DNA from: Candidatus Enterousia sp.
GTDB lineage: Bacteria > Pseudomonadota > Alphaproteobacteria > Rs-D84
Reading direction: 5' to 3'
NCBI GenBank assembly: GCA_045593685.1
Contig: JAZNXD010000021.1
Coordinates: 1 to 60,268 of the forward strand
Length of the DNA stretch: 60,268 nucleotides
A program made the translations under genes and the position numbers. The notes under the pieces were generated by a model. The model was given only the letters and a program-made list of their open reading frames with translations, searched no databases and was not told the origin of the DNA. Positions within the stretch are counted from its first letter, which is position 1; each line of letters opens with the position of its first letter. Below are positions 48,962 through 59,324 of the stretch, piece by piece.

Positions 48962-48988
48962 AAAAAAACGCCCAGTTGGGCGTTTTTT
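48962..48988 (+). terminator. Intrinsic terminator after rpmH
   Basis: CGCCC-AGTT-GGGCG stem followed by T6. Confidence 0.7.
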
Positions 48989-49054
48989 GTTGGATTTAAA
49001 AAAAATCGTCCATGTATTCGGGACGGTTTTATTTTTTATAAAATATGTACACAA

Positions 49055-49086
49055 TAAAAATCCCCACGATTGTGGGGATTTTTTGT
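49055..49086 (-). terminator. Intrinsic terminator after ppdK
   Basis: TCCCCAC-GATT-GTGGGGA stem flanked by A5/T6. Confidence 0.65.
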
Positions 49087-49088
49087 TT

Positions 49089-51749
49089 TTAGTTCTTGCG
49101 TGGGTATTTAACCGCAGCCTGGGCCGCCGCCAAACGCGCGATTGGCACGCGGAACGGAGAACAGGATACTGAATTAAACCCAACCTGGTGGAAGAAGGAA
49201 ATAGATTCCGGATCACCACCATGTTCACCACATACACCCAGATGGATTTTGTCGCCCTTGGTCGCACGTGCCTTGGCAACGGCGTCCTTGATCAACAGGC
49301 CAACACCCAACTGGTCAACGGATGCAAACGGATCCGCAACATATACGCCACGGGCACGATATTCATCCAAGATTTTCGCCGTGTCATCACGCGACATACC
49401 CAATGTTGTCTGGGTCAGGTCGTTTGTTCCAAATTCAAAGAATTCGCAACTTTCCGCAATTTCATTTGCCAAAACCGCCGCACGTGGTAATTCAATCATA
49501 GAGCCAACAGTATATTCGACGGATTCGCCCGTTTCTGCAAACAAAGACTGGGCCGTGGCATCAATAACTGCCTTGACTATGTCTACTTCTTTTTTCGAAC
49601 CAACCAATGGAACTTCGATTTCTGGGAATACAGCGACGCCTGCTTTCTTGACCTCTAATGCGGCGGACAAGATTGCGCGTGTTTGCATTTCGCAGATTTC
49701 CGGATATGTGATTGCCAAACGGCATCCACGATGTCCCAACATTGGATTTTGTTCGTGTAATTGTTCTGCACGTGCCTTGATGAATTCAACAGATTTGCCA
49801 ATGTGCGCGGCCAATTCTTCAATTTCCGCTTCGGTATGTGGCAAGAATTCATGTAACGGCGGGTCAATCAAACGAATTGTAACCGGCAGACCATCCATAA
49901 TCTTGAACAATTCAACAAAGTCAGATTTCTGGTATGGTAACAATTTTGCCAAGGCCGCACGGCGACCCGCTTCGTCTTCGGCCAAAATCATTTCACGCAT
50001 ATCCTGGATACGGGATGGATCAAAGAACATGTGTTCCGTACGCGCCAAACCGATACCTTCGGCACCAAAGTCACGTGCCTGTTTTGCGTCTTTTGGTGTT
50101 TCGGCGTTTGCCTTGACCGTCAATGTTTTGATTTCATCAACCCATTTCATCAATGTGCCAAAGTTACCGGTCAATTCAACGGAAACCGTTGGGATTTTGC
50201 CTTCGATAATTTGACCCTTGGCGCCATCAATAGACACCCAATCACCTTCGTTGATAACAACGCCGGATGTTGTTTTCAGCGTCTTGGATTCATAATCAAT
50301 TTTGATATCAGGTGATCCCGATACGCATGGCGTTCCCATACCACGTGCCACAACGGCGGCATGCGATGTCATACCACCACGTGCGGTGATAACACCCTGG
50401 GCCGCGTTCATACCCGCGATATCTTCGGGGGATGTTTCGATACGAATCAACATTACCTTTTTGCCTTCGGCCGCCCAGCGTTCTGCATCTTCGGCGTTAA
50501 ACACAGCCTGACCAACGGCCGCACCAGGGGATGCCGGTAGCCCCGTTGCAATGACTTTCTTTTCTGCCCGTGGGTCCAACATCGGATGCAACAGATGATC
50601 CAACTGGTCCGCACCAACGCGCAAAATCGCTTCTTCCTTGGTCAACAGTCCTTCTTCGACCATTTCCACCGCCATGCGAACGGCCGCGGCCCCTGCTCGT
50701 TTACCATTACGGCACTGCAACATCCACAATTTGCCATGTTCGATTGTGAATTCCATATCCTGCATGTCTTTGTAATGTTTTTCCAATTTTTCACGAACAT
50801 CACACAATTCTTGGTAAACCGCAGGCATCGCTTCTTCCAAAGACAGACGACCGGAATCATCCTTGCTCATAGGCTGGGGGGTGCGAATACCCGCCACAAC
50901 GTCTTCACCCTGGGCGTTAATCAGGTATTCACCATAGTATTTATTTTCACCAGTTGCAGGATCGCGACTGAAACATACGCCGGTTGCAGAATCGTCACCG
51001 GAATTACCAAACACCATTGCCTGGACGTTAACAGCGGTACCCCAATCGGCCGGGATATTGTTCAATTTACGATATGTGATTGCCTTTTTGGACATCCAAG
51101 AACCGAATACGGCACCAATACCCATTTCCAACTGTTTCCATGGATCCTGGGGGAATACTTTGCCGATTTTAACACCGATTTCTTTGAACTTTTCAACCAA
51201 ATCCTTCAAATCATCGGCCGTCAATTCTGTATCCAATTTGTACCCCTTGTCTTCCTTCATGCGTTCCAGGGTGTGTTCAAACAAATCAATGTCGGCACCC
51301 ATAACAACTTCGCTGAACATCATGATAAAGCGACGATAGGAATCGTATGCAAAACGTTCGTTGCCAGAATTTTTTGCCAATGCCTTGACCGTTTCGTCAT
51401 TTAAACCCAAATTCAAAACAGTGTCCATCATACCCGGCATAGATACACGTGCACCCGAACGCACAGATACCAATAATGGATTTTCCAAATCCGCAAACTT
51501 TTTACCCATAATGGATTCAACGTGCGCAATACCGGCGCGAACCTGGTCCATTAAGTCAGATGGATATGTCTGTCCGTTTTCATAATAATATTTACAAACA
51601 TCGGTTGTTACCGTAAAGCCCGCAGGAACAGGCAAACCAACCAAGTTCATTTCGGCCAAATTTGCACCTTTGCCACCCAGCAGATTTCGCATATCTGCCT
51701 GACCTTCGGCATGACCATTACCAAAGGTATATACCCATTTGTTGCTCAT
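49089..51749 (-). CDS. ppdK: Pyruvate, phosphate dikinase
   Basis: N-terminal GGKGANLAEM, the phosphohistidine region GGMTSHAAVVARG, and a PEP-utilising C-terminal domain. ATG 51749 has SD AAGGAGAA. Confidence 0.95.
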   Translation of the reverse strand: MSNKWVYTFGNGHAEGQADMRNLLGGKGANLAEMNLVGLPVPAGFTVTTDVCKYYYENGQTYPSDLMDQVRAGIAHVESIMGKKFADLENPLLVSVRSGARVSMPGMMDTVLNLGLNDETVKALAKNSGNERFAYDSYRRFIMMFSEVVMGADIDLFEHTLERMKEDKGYKLDTELTADDLKDLVEKFKEIGVKIGKVFPQDPWKQLEMGIGAVFGSWMSKKAITYRKLNNIPADWGTAVNVQAMVFGNSGDDSATGVCFSRDPATGENKYYGEYLINAQGEDVVAGIRTPQPMSKDDSGRLSLEEAMPAVYQELCDVREKLEKHYKDMQDMEFTIEHGKLWMLQCRNGKRAGAAAVRMAVEMVEEGLLTKEEAILRVGADQLDHLLHPMLDPRAEKKVIATGLPASPGAAVGQAVFNAEDAERWAAEGKKVMLIRIETSPEDIAGMNAAQGVITARGGMTSHAAVVARGMGTPCVSGSPDIKIDYESKTLKTTSGVVINEGDWVSIDGAKGQIIEGKIPTVSVELTGNFGTLMKWVDEIKTLTVKANAETPKDAKQARDFGAEGIGLARTEHMFFDPSRIQDMREMILAEDEAGRRAALAKLLPYQKSDFVELFKIMDGLPVTIRLIDPPLHEFLPHTEAEIEELAAHIGKSVEFIKARAEQLHEQNPMLGHRGCRLAITYPEICEMQTRAILSAALEVKKAGVAVFPEIEVPLVGSKKEVDIVKAVIDATAQSLFAETGESVEYTVGSMIELPRAAVLANEIAESCEFFEFGTNDLTQTTLGMSRDDTAKILDEYRARGVYVADPFASVDQLGVGLLIKDAVAKARATKGDKIHLGVCGEHGGDPESISFFHQVGFNSVSCSPFRVPIARLAAAQAAVKYPRKN

Positions 51750-51842
51750 TAGTTCTCCTTTGTGTAGAAATAAAAATGCCATGGGATTGTGGGGCATGAA
51801 ATGTGTAAATGCAAGAAAAAAATCGGCACACATGCCGATTTT

Positions 51843-52736
51843 TTACATTGTGCACGCACAGCAAATTGAAAACAACTTGGACAAATCAGAATCTGAACGC
51901 GAGTTTAATACAATCGGAGCACGCGCCCCCAGCACAACACCACCAAATATCCAATCACCAAATTGCACCATTGCCTTAATCGTGTTATTGCCCGCTTCGA
52001 TATTATCAAACAGCAAAATATCCGCATCACCACGAATTGGACCGTTGTATCCCTTGGTCGTGGCGGCGAATTGTGACACCGCGATATCAAATGAAATGGG
52101 GCCGGATATAACACATCCATCAATTTCGCCGGACAGATTCATCTTGTGCAGTGCCGCCGCATCAAGGGTTGCCTGCATCGCCGGATTTAATGTTTCGACC
52201 GCACACAGTGGCGCCACGCGCGGACAGTCCAGTCCCATATGATGCGCAAATGACACCGCATTTTTTACCAAACTAATCTTTTTTTCCAAATCAGGATACA
52301 TCACCATTGCAATATCAGTTAAAAACAAACGGCGCGCACGCGACGGGGAATACAACACCGACACGTGCGATAATATCCCCGCCCCGCGAATTCCGGTTTC
52401 ACGATTTAAAACAGCACGCAAAATATCCGCGGTATGAATCAGCCCCTTCATTAAAATATCGGCACGTCCATCACGCACCAGTGATACGGCCGTTTGCGCG
52501 ACCGACAAATCGTCGGCACAATCAAAAATTTCAAAATCCGATATATCCAAATTATTTTTTTCTGCGACGCTTTGTATTTCAGTTGTACAACCACACAAAA
52601 TTGCATTTACAAAACCCATTTCATGCGCACGCACAACCGCGCCCAACGCGTTTACATCGGTCGCACCCGCCAACGCAACCGTGCGTGGCGCATCCGGACG
52701 CATAGATAAAATTATTTTTTCAAATTCAGAAGTCAT
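51843..52736 (-). CDS. Phosphate acetyl/butyryltransferase family protein
   Basis: PTA_PTB-like pattern (GPISFDIAVS..., GDADILLFDNIEAGNN, VLNSRSDS). ATG 52736 has a GGGGA SD. Confidence 0.8.
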   Translation of the reverse strand: MTSEFEKIILSMRPDAPRTVALAGATDVNALGAVVRAHEMGFVNAILCGCTTEIQSVAEKNNLDISDFEIFDCADDLSVAQTAVSLVRDGRADILMKGLIHTADILRAVLNRETGIRGAGILSHVSVLYSPSRARRLFLTDIAMVMYPDLEKKISLVKNAVSFAHHMGLDCPRVAPLCAVETLNPAMQATLDAAALHKMNLSGEIDGCVISGPISFDIAVSQFAATTKGYNGPIRGDADILLFDNIEAGNNTIKAMVQFGDWIFGGVVLGARAPIVLNSRSDSDLSKLFSICCACTM

Positions 52737-52795
52737 TATTTTCCCCTGCCCCTTTTTTCGTGGTACAGCATAGGACATTTTTTATTGGGGTCGCA

Positions 52796-52820
52796 ACAAA
52801 AAACCGCCCGTGGGCGGTTT
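52796..52820 (-). terminator. Intrinsic terminator after the RND operon
   Basis: CCGCC-CGTG-GGCGG stem, with the T-run on the minus strand. Confidence 0.6.
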
Positions 52821-52824
52821 ATGA

Positions 52825-55800
52825 TTACTTTTTCCATCTTGGACGCCAGTGACGTGCACGTTCGACCAAAAAGAATAATGCAGGGGTCAGGGTAAATGTG
52901 AAAATCAAACTGGCCAACATACCACCAATCATAACCGCCCCCATGGCGACCTTCATGCCGTCAACCGACCACAACTGGGGTACCATACCCGCAACAACGG
53001 CAATGGATGTCATTAATACCATGTTCTTTTTGTCACGCAATTCCGCCCACAGGGCCGCGAACGGCTGTTCCCCGGAATTTACACGATTTATGGTTGGTTC
53101 CAAAACCAAAATATTATTATTTACCACCAATCCCACCAACATAACAAATGCCAACATCGCACCGACGTTCATCGTTGCCCCCGACAGGAACATCATAATG
53201 AAGACGCCGGTAAAACTGGTCAAAATAGATGTGGCAATCGTAAATGGGTGCGCCAATGAATTTAATATCGCCGCCAATAACATAAACGTCAATATTGTCG
53301 CCAACATAAAGGCCATGCCAATTTCACTGGCCGATTCCGCCTGGGTATCTGACATGCCACCAAATTCGGCATAATATCCCGGTGCCCAATCGATTTTATC
53401 CAATTCAGATTGAATCTTGGCCTGGACCGGGCCCATGGTTGATTTACCGATATTTATGTCTATTTCGGTATATCTGTTTTTATTTTCACGACGAATTTCC
53501 GGTGTCGCACGGGCGGTCTGGACCGTTCCCAATGCGGACAATGGCACCATACCCTTTTGCGAATTCACATAGACATTATCAAACAAAGATGTGTTTTTAA
53601 ACGGTTTGGCAAATTCCAAAATAATCGGATATTCTTCGCCGTTTTCTTTGTATTTATAGTCATCGTTACCATACAGGGCCGCACGCAAGGTGGCACCCGC
53701 ATAGGAATTTTGAATCCCCCAGAAATTCATCTTTTCTTGGTCCGGTATAAACTGGGTTTCCATGGCCGGCAACTGTTGGGCACGAACCGCGGATTGAACT
53801 TCGGGAATTTGGTTTACAATGCCGATTATCTGTTGGGCGTACTGTTCACGCGTTGCATCATCAGCACCGAATATATTCAACACCAGATCAGAAGATATAC
53901 CCGATGACATGGCTTCGCCCGCGCGGATTTGAATTTCGGCATCGGCGATATTTGATATTGCCGGCAATATTTTCTGCGCCAACATCTTGTCCGATATGTT
54001 TCGGTCAGACACATCAACCAATTCAACAGTTATTGTTATGTTCTGTAATCCACGTTCACCAATTTTTACAGTGGTTGATTTGATTTCCGGAAACGCCGCC
54101 AATCCCTGCTCTATCTGTTGGGCGATAGATTCGGACTTTTCAAATGTTGCACCCATGGGGGCACGTGCACTGATGGTGATTTCGTTTGCGTCCGTCGATG
54201 GTGAAAATTCATTACCGACAAACTTCATCAGCATAGTTGATGCAACAAATATTGCCGCCGCCAATCCAACAACACGCCACGGATGCGAATATTGGAATTC
54301 ATACCAGCGCTGCATACCGGTACGCGTTACATCACGAACATCCTGGGTTAAATTCCCGGACTTTTTTGGTTCGGCACGTTTGCCCCCCAGGCGCAAAAAG
54401 CGCGCAATCATCATTGGTGTTAACGTAAACGAGAACATCAAAGACAACAGAGTCAGGTACACAACAGTTAATCCAAATTGGACCATAAACTGACCAACGA
54501 TTCCGCCCATAAATGCCAAGGGCAAGAACACCACAACGTTTGTGCCAACACCCGCCAACACGGATACAGCGACCTTTTTCGTACCATCGATTGCGGCATC
54601 TTCGGGCGTTTTGCCGGCACGCAATTCCTGTAATGCGGATTCAATCAGAATAATGGCGTTTGACACCAATGTTCCCAACGCAGATGAATACGCCAACAAT
54701 GTCATCGCATTAACGGTAAAGCCCGACCCCTGCATAAAGAAGAAGCCCGCGAACAAAGATGCCGGAATAACAACGCCCGCAATAACCGTTGAACGCCAAT
54801 TACGTGTAAATGCCAACAATACCAAGACCGTCAACAATACCCCCAAGACGATACCATTTATTGTGCTGTCCGTTTCATCTGATACCGCAACGGACGAATC
54901 CGATGCAATCAACATTTGGGCATCTGGGAAATGGCGCGCCAAATCAGATTGCAATTCGGGCATACGTTCACGCAGTTCGCGTGAAATATTTATTGCATTA
55001 CCGTCGGACGATTTTACAACGGACGCAACAACAACCGATTGACCATTATAACGCGCACCCGTTTCAATATCGCGCGCGGCATCTGTAATAGTCGCAACAT
55101 CGGACAATTTAAACTGATTTCCTTCGACCGTTGTCAGTCGCAGATTTTCAATTTCACCTACCGATGCAAATTCGCCGATAAAACGCACGTTTGAAGAATC
55201 AACCGTTCTTTCAATTTTTCCACCGGGGACATTTAAATTATGCGCCCCCAATGCGGCAACAATATCCATAACGGTAACACCACGTGCCGCCATTTGGTCG
55301 GGGTTTAACGCAACACGGATGGCGCGTTCACGACCACCAAAAATGGACACACTGGCCACGCCACTGATTGCGGTAATTTGGTTAGACAACTGATTATCAA
55401 CATACTCTTCCAATTCACGTGCATCGGCGCCATACAATACAATATCAACCACAGATTCCTGTAATGGGTTTAACTTTTCAACGACCGGTTGTTCCATATC
55501 ATCTGGGAATTCAGAAATCAGGGAATCCAGTTTGGTTTTTATTTCGGTCGCCTTGTCGTTGACGTTTACGCCCAAATTAAATTCCGCCATAACAAAGGCG
55601 CTGTTTTCATATGCGTATGATGTAATATTTTTTAATTCAGACACTTCGGAAATTGCATCTTCGGCACGTTTGACCACCTGGGATTCAATTTCTTCGGGGG
55701 CGGCACCCGGATATACAAATGTTGCCGTCACCATCGGAAAGTCAACCGATGGAGTGCGTTCTATATTCATCTTGGGAAAGGATACCAACCCCAAAACAAC

Positions 55801-55857
55801 CCAAACCAAAACAAACATTAATGTCGTAATTGGACGACGAACAAAAAACTTTAACAT
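52825..55857 (-). CDS. RND family efflux transporter permease (AcrB-like)
   Basis: 1010 aa, 12-TM/two-large-loop layout, N-terminal FFVRRPITT. Confidence 0.92.
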   Translation of the reverse strand: MLKFFVRRPITTLMFVLVWVVLGLVSFPKMNIERTPSVDFPMVTATFVYPGAAPEEIESQVVKRAEDAISEVSELKNITSYAYENSAFVMAEFNLGVNVNDKATEIKTKLDSLISEFPDDMEQPVVEKLNPLQESVVDIVLYGADARELEEYVDNQLSNQITAISGVASVSIFGGRERAIRVALNPDQMAARGVTVMDIVAALGAHNLNVPGGKIERTVDSSNVRFIGEFASVGEIENLRLTTVEGNQFKLSDVATITDAARDIETGARYNGQSVVVASVVKSSDGNAINISRELRERMPELQSDLARHFPDAQMLIASDSSVAVSDETDSTINGIVLGVLLTVLVLLAFTRNWRSTVIAGVVIPASLFAGFFFMQGSGFTVNAMTLLAYSSALGTLVSNAIILIESALQELRAGKTPEDAAIDGTKKVAVSVLAGVGTNVVVFLPLAFMGGIVGQFMVQFGLTVVYLTLLSLMFSFTLTPMMIARFLRLGGKRAEPKKSGNLTQDVRDVTRTGMQRWYEFQYSHPWRVVGLAAAIFVASTMLMKFVGNEFSPSTDANEITISARAPMGATFEKSESIAQQIEQGLAAFPEIKSTTVKIGERGLQNITITVELVDVSDRNISDKMLAQKILPAISNIADAEIQIRAGEAMSSGISSDLVLNIFGADDATREQYAQQIIGIVNQIPEVQSAVRAQQLPAMETQFIPDQEKMNFWGIQNSYAGATLRAALYGNDDYKYKENGEEYPIILEFAKPFKNTSLFDNVYVNSQKGMVPLSALGTVQTARATPEIRRENKNRYTEIDINIGKSTMGPVQAKIQSELDKIDWAPGYYAEFGGMSDTQAESASEIGMAFMLATILTFMLLAAILNSLAHPFTIATSILTSFTGVFIMMFLSGATMNVGAMLAFVMLVGLVVNNNILVLEPTINRVNSGEQPFAALWAELRDKKNMVLMTSIAVVAGMVPQLWSVDGMKVAMGAVMIGGMLASLIFTFTLTPALFFLVERARHWRPRWKK

Positions 55858-55860
55858 TGA

Positions 55861-56484
55861 TTATATCCCCTTTGAACTGTCTTGAATAGAAACCTTGTCA
55901 CCGGCATTTACGGTGGACAATATTACAACATCACCCGATGCCAAACCGGCCGTGACGTACGCCGTTTCAGAATCCGATCGCGAAACCGTTATCGTACGCG
56001 GGGTTGCAATACCATCTTGGGCAATCATAACAACATTGTCACGGATGGCATACAGCGGAACAAAAAAACCATTTGCACTGAATTCCGCATAATGCAAACC
56101 ATCGGGAACATCACGTGTACGAACCACAAACATACCCGTATCCAGGTCCAATCCACCGGATACCGATACAATGCGGCCATCGCCAACACGCTGGCCGGCA
56201 TGTAATTTCTTGGCACGCGCACCGGTCACATATGCACGATTATTCTTGACCGCCAGGGGTTCATACAACACGCCCGTTTTTCTATCCATTTCCAAAACCT
56301 GGACCGGGGCACCAACATCGGCCGCAACACGCGATGCGTTGAAAACATAGCGTGCGTTTTCTGATGCAACCGCACCAAAACGAAATAAAACCCACCCCAA
56401 CAACAGCAAAGCAATCGTTGCATGCATAATATGCTTGAAGCGTTTTGTGTTTAATGTTTCATATATTTTCTTCATTTTATTCAC
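55861..56484 (-). CDS. Short periplasmic adaptor (membrane fusion protein-like, no obvious alpha-hairpin)
   Basis: Lies between tolC and the RND pump. N-terminal TM anchor, then a beta-rich region (..GQRVGDGRIVSVSG..; ..GDVVILST..). Only 207 aa. The start overlaps the tolC stop. Confidence 0.6.
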   Translation of the reverse strand: MNKMKKIYETLNTKRFKHIMHATIALLLLGWVLFRFGAVASENARYVFNASRVAADVGAPVQVLEMDRKTGVLYEPLAVKNNRAYVTGARAKKLHAGQRVGDGRIVSVSGGLDLDTGMFVVRTRDVPDGLHYAEFSANGFFVPLYAIRDNVVMIAQDGIATPRTITVSRSDSETAYVTAGLASGDVVILSTVNAGDKVSIQDSSKGI

Positions 56485-57805
56485 CCAACTTTTTTACCGT
56501 TTCCGCAGACATTAATATTTTGTATTTTGTGTTTAATAACGCCAAATCCAACTGATACAATCCCGCAGATACATCCGCCAATTCAACCGCAGATGTTTGA
56601 CCAGATGCGAAACGATTTTGCGACAAAGTGTATGTCTTGGCCGCCAAATCACGCGCATTTTTCAAAGACGACAAATTATCACGCAAATGATTATACTGAC
56701 GAATTGCATTGTCATACTGTTCGGTTGTCATTTTTTTTGCCTGGGCCAAGTCTTGACGTGCCGCTTCGGCATTCATGGCATCAATAGTGGCATTGGCACG
56801 GTTTAAGCCACCACTGAAAATCGGCATTTGTAACGCCAATCCCCAATATGCGGACTGGCCCCCACGCTTATCAAATAAATGTCCCACATCACCCGCCATT
56901 GACGAATATGTATAGGACGCAGTTGCCGCCAATGTAGGATAGCCGTTTGCACGCTGGGACCGGGCCATGCGTTCATACATGTTGACCTGTTCGTCCAGTA
57001 TTTTCCACTGGGGCGTAGACTTTAACGCTTCGGCCGACAGGGCGGAAAATTCAGACGGAAATTCATCCGTTAAAACCAGTTGTTCCGACATATCAATACC
57101 CGCCAAAATCTTTAACATGCGATGCGCGGTATCACGATCAAACTTAGCATCAGAAACATTTATTTCCTTGGTCGCGATATCGGATTCTATTTTTAACAAA
57201 TTGCTGCGATTGGCACGACCGGCGGATGTTAATTTCTGTTTTGCCGCGCGGGCATTTTTCAAATCATTTTCCGCCAATTTAACAATTTCATCGGTCATCT
57301 TGGCCGTCCAATATAAATCGGTGGCGGCATAGCGAACTTCGCGCGATGTTAATTCGCGTGACGATTGGGCCATTTTGACGGCGGATTTCACAGATTTTAC
57401 CGCGTTGCCGATTTTGCCAAATGTGTATATCGGCTGGGTCAGGGTCAGGCCCGCCTGGAAAATATTGTCGGGAATTTCGATTGCAACCGACTGGTCCTTG
57501 AGTGTTTCAGATATCAGCCCACCCAAAGATGGTGGCAATTCTATCTTTTGGGATTCCGATGGATTTTCAACATTAACCATGTTCATATAAGATGCAGAAC
57601 CATCCAATTTAAACCAACGGTTTGCGTTGGCGGCATCCAATGATGCCTCGGCCCGGGCCAAATTTGCGTCGGCCTTTTTGATATCATGCGATTCATGCAT
57701 AATTTTTTCAACCGCATCCCCCAACGACAAATCCAATGCAAATGACGGCATGGTTCCCATCATTGCCGCCAATACACCAAATAAAGAAACAATTTTTTTA
57801 TTCAT
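56477..57805 (-). CDS. tolC: TolC family outer-membrane efflux protein
   Basis: Signal peptide and two internally repeated coiled-coil/beta halves typical of TolC/OEP proteins. Confidence 0.85.
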   Translation of the reverse strand: MNKKIVSLFGVLAAMMGTMPSFALDLSLGDAVEKIMHESHDIKKADANLARAEASLDAANANRWFKLDGSASYMNMVNVENPSESQKIELPPSLGGLISETLKDQSVAIEIPDNIFQAGLTLTQPIYTFGKIGNAVKSVKSAVKMAQSSRELTSREVRYAATDLYWTAKMTDEIVKLAENDLKNARAAKQKLTSAGRANRSNLLKIESDIATKEINVSDAKFDRDTAHRMLKILAGIDMSEQLVLTDEFPSEFSALSAEALKSTPQWKILDEQVNMYERMARSQRANGYPTLAATASYTYSSMAGDVGHLFDKRGGQSAYWGLALQMPIFSGGLNRANATIDAMNAEAARQDLAQAKKMTTEQYDNAIRQYNHLRDNLSSLKNARDLAAKTYTLSQNRFASGQTSAVELADVSAGLYQLDLALLNTKYKILMSAETVKKLGE

Positions 57806-58247
57806 TACCTAGCTCCACCTTTTTCAATATATCACGCATAGTACGCAACGCATCGGTCAGACGCATTTCATCTTCGCGCGAAACACCCGCAAAAACCCGT
57901 TCTATGCCCGTACGGAACAAATCCATCGCAACCGTCGCCAATTCGGCACCACGTTCGGATACGCAATACCAGGTGTTGCGACGATCATCTTCGTCAATCG
58001 TACGAACAACCAGACCATCTGCCTCTAACTTTCTGAACGCAGCACACAGGTTTGGCGCCGACACATGTTCACGGCGGGCAATATCTTTTAGACGGGCACG
58101 ACCACCATTGTGCAAACGAACCAATATCGACATCATTTGACGCGGATAACCGGTTGTATCAACACGGTCCAAACGTAATTTGTCCGCAATTTTATCTAAT
58201 GTCCAAATATTTTCTTCCATTAAACGAACAAAGTCCTTGCGTGCCAT
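57798..58247 (-). CDS. MarR family transcriptional regulator
   Basis: Winged-HTH pattern (..LKDIARREHVSAPNLCAAFRKLEADGLVVRTIDEDDRR). First gene of the efflux operon. Confidence 0.85.
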   Translation of the reverse strand: MARKDFVRLMEENIWTLDKIADKLRLDRVDTTGYPRQMMSILVRLHNGGRARLKDIARREHVSAPNLCAAFRKLEADGLVVRTIDEDDRRNTWYCVSERGAELATVAMDLFRTGIERVFAGVSREDEMRLTDALRTMRDILKKVELGNE

Positions 58248-58419
58248 TTTAAACTCCTGTATAATAGGGTTGATTCATGAATTCGTTAAAAAACTTAATT
58301 ATTATATATTTTAATATTTTTTATTTCAAGTCCAATTTTCAATTTTTTTTATTTTATTTGACAGCAACGCGTGCAAGTGCCACTATTTCACAGGTGAAAA
58401 TATTAGGACACAAATAAAA

Positions 58420-59094
58420 ATGACTTTGAAAGATATATTGATACGCTTTGGATTGGCAAAAGACGACATTTTCCAAATACCACACGAACAGGAATACTAT
58501 GCAAAAATGTTCTTTGATCAGATTTTACCCCAAATCGAGCAAATAACAAATCAGTCACGACATGGATATCATGGCCTGACACATACATGCCAGGTGGCCT
58601 TGTTTGGTTTGGATATTGCGTACACCATCAAGCAAGACCCCCTGCCCGTTTTATTGGCGGCCGGATTACACGATTGCGCACGCACAAATGACGAGTGGTG
58701 CACCGAACACGGCCCACGCGCCGTGCCAATCGCACGTGAATTCCTGGGGAAAAATTATCCGTATATGTCAAAAGACAATGTAAAAAAGATATTATACGCG
58801 GTAAAAAATCATACGTGTGGCATGCGGGCACGCGACGGGGTATCCGCATGTCTGTGGGATGGGGACAGAATTCGCCTGTCATGGGAATTTGAATACAGAC
58901 CGGAATTCTTTTCGACCATGCGTGGTCGTCAGATTGCGGCCCTTGGGTATGCGGGGCAATTAACATACATTAATAACCAAGAAGATATGTTAATAAAAAA
59001 CAATATACGAACACGCGAACAGATTGAATACGACCGCAAACATGATGAAATACAAAATAATGTCGGCACGAATTTTAAATCACGCATAAAATAA
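58420..59094 (+). CDS. HD-domain protein (putative metal-dependent phosphohydrolase)
   Basis: HGLTH...AAGLHDCAR (H..HD) motif. Confidence 0.6.
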   Translation: MTLKDILIRFGLAKDDIFQIPHEQEYYAKMFFDQILPQIEQITNQSRHGYHGLTHTCQVALFGLDIAYTIKQDPLPVLLAAGLHDCARTNDEWCTEHGPRAVPIAREFLGKNYPYMSKDNVKKILYAVKNHTCGMRARDGVSACLWDGDRIRLSWEFEYRPEFFSTMRGRQIAALGYAGQLTYINNQEDMLIKNNIRTREQIEYDRKHDEIQNNVGTNFKSRIK

Positions 59095-59143
59095 TTTTAT
59101 TATTGCAAAAACGCAAAATACATTTATAATGCGTAATCGAAAT

Positions 59144-59217
59144 TGGGGTGTCGTCTAATGGTAGGACAAGAGATTTTGGTTCTCTTTATCATGGTTCGAA
59201 TCCGTGCGCCCCAACCA
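59144..59217 (+). tRNA. tRNA-Gln: tRNA-Gln (anticodon UUG), CCA end encoded
   Basis: TGGGGTG acceptor pairs with CGCCCCA. Anticodon stem AGAGA/TCTCT with loop TTTTGGT. T-arm CATGG-TTCGAAT-CCGTG. Confidence 0.9.
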
Positions 59218-59324
59218 CACTTCGCGTCTGCGACGCTTCGTGTGGCGTGCCACACGGACGAAGCAGTTATCGTGAAGTAGTGTCCACCGTAGCCTTGGCG
59301 TAGGCGGACTGGAATATAAATCAA

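Noticed and set aside
49096-51404. 372-aa and 272-aa plus-strand ORFs (49096-50214 and 50586-51404)
   Set aside because: Both are antisense to the well-supported ppdK gene and have no motifs.
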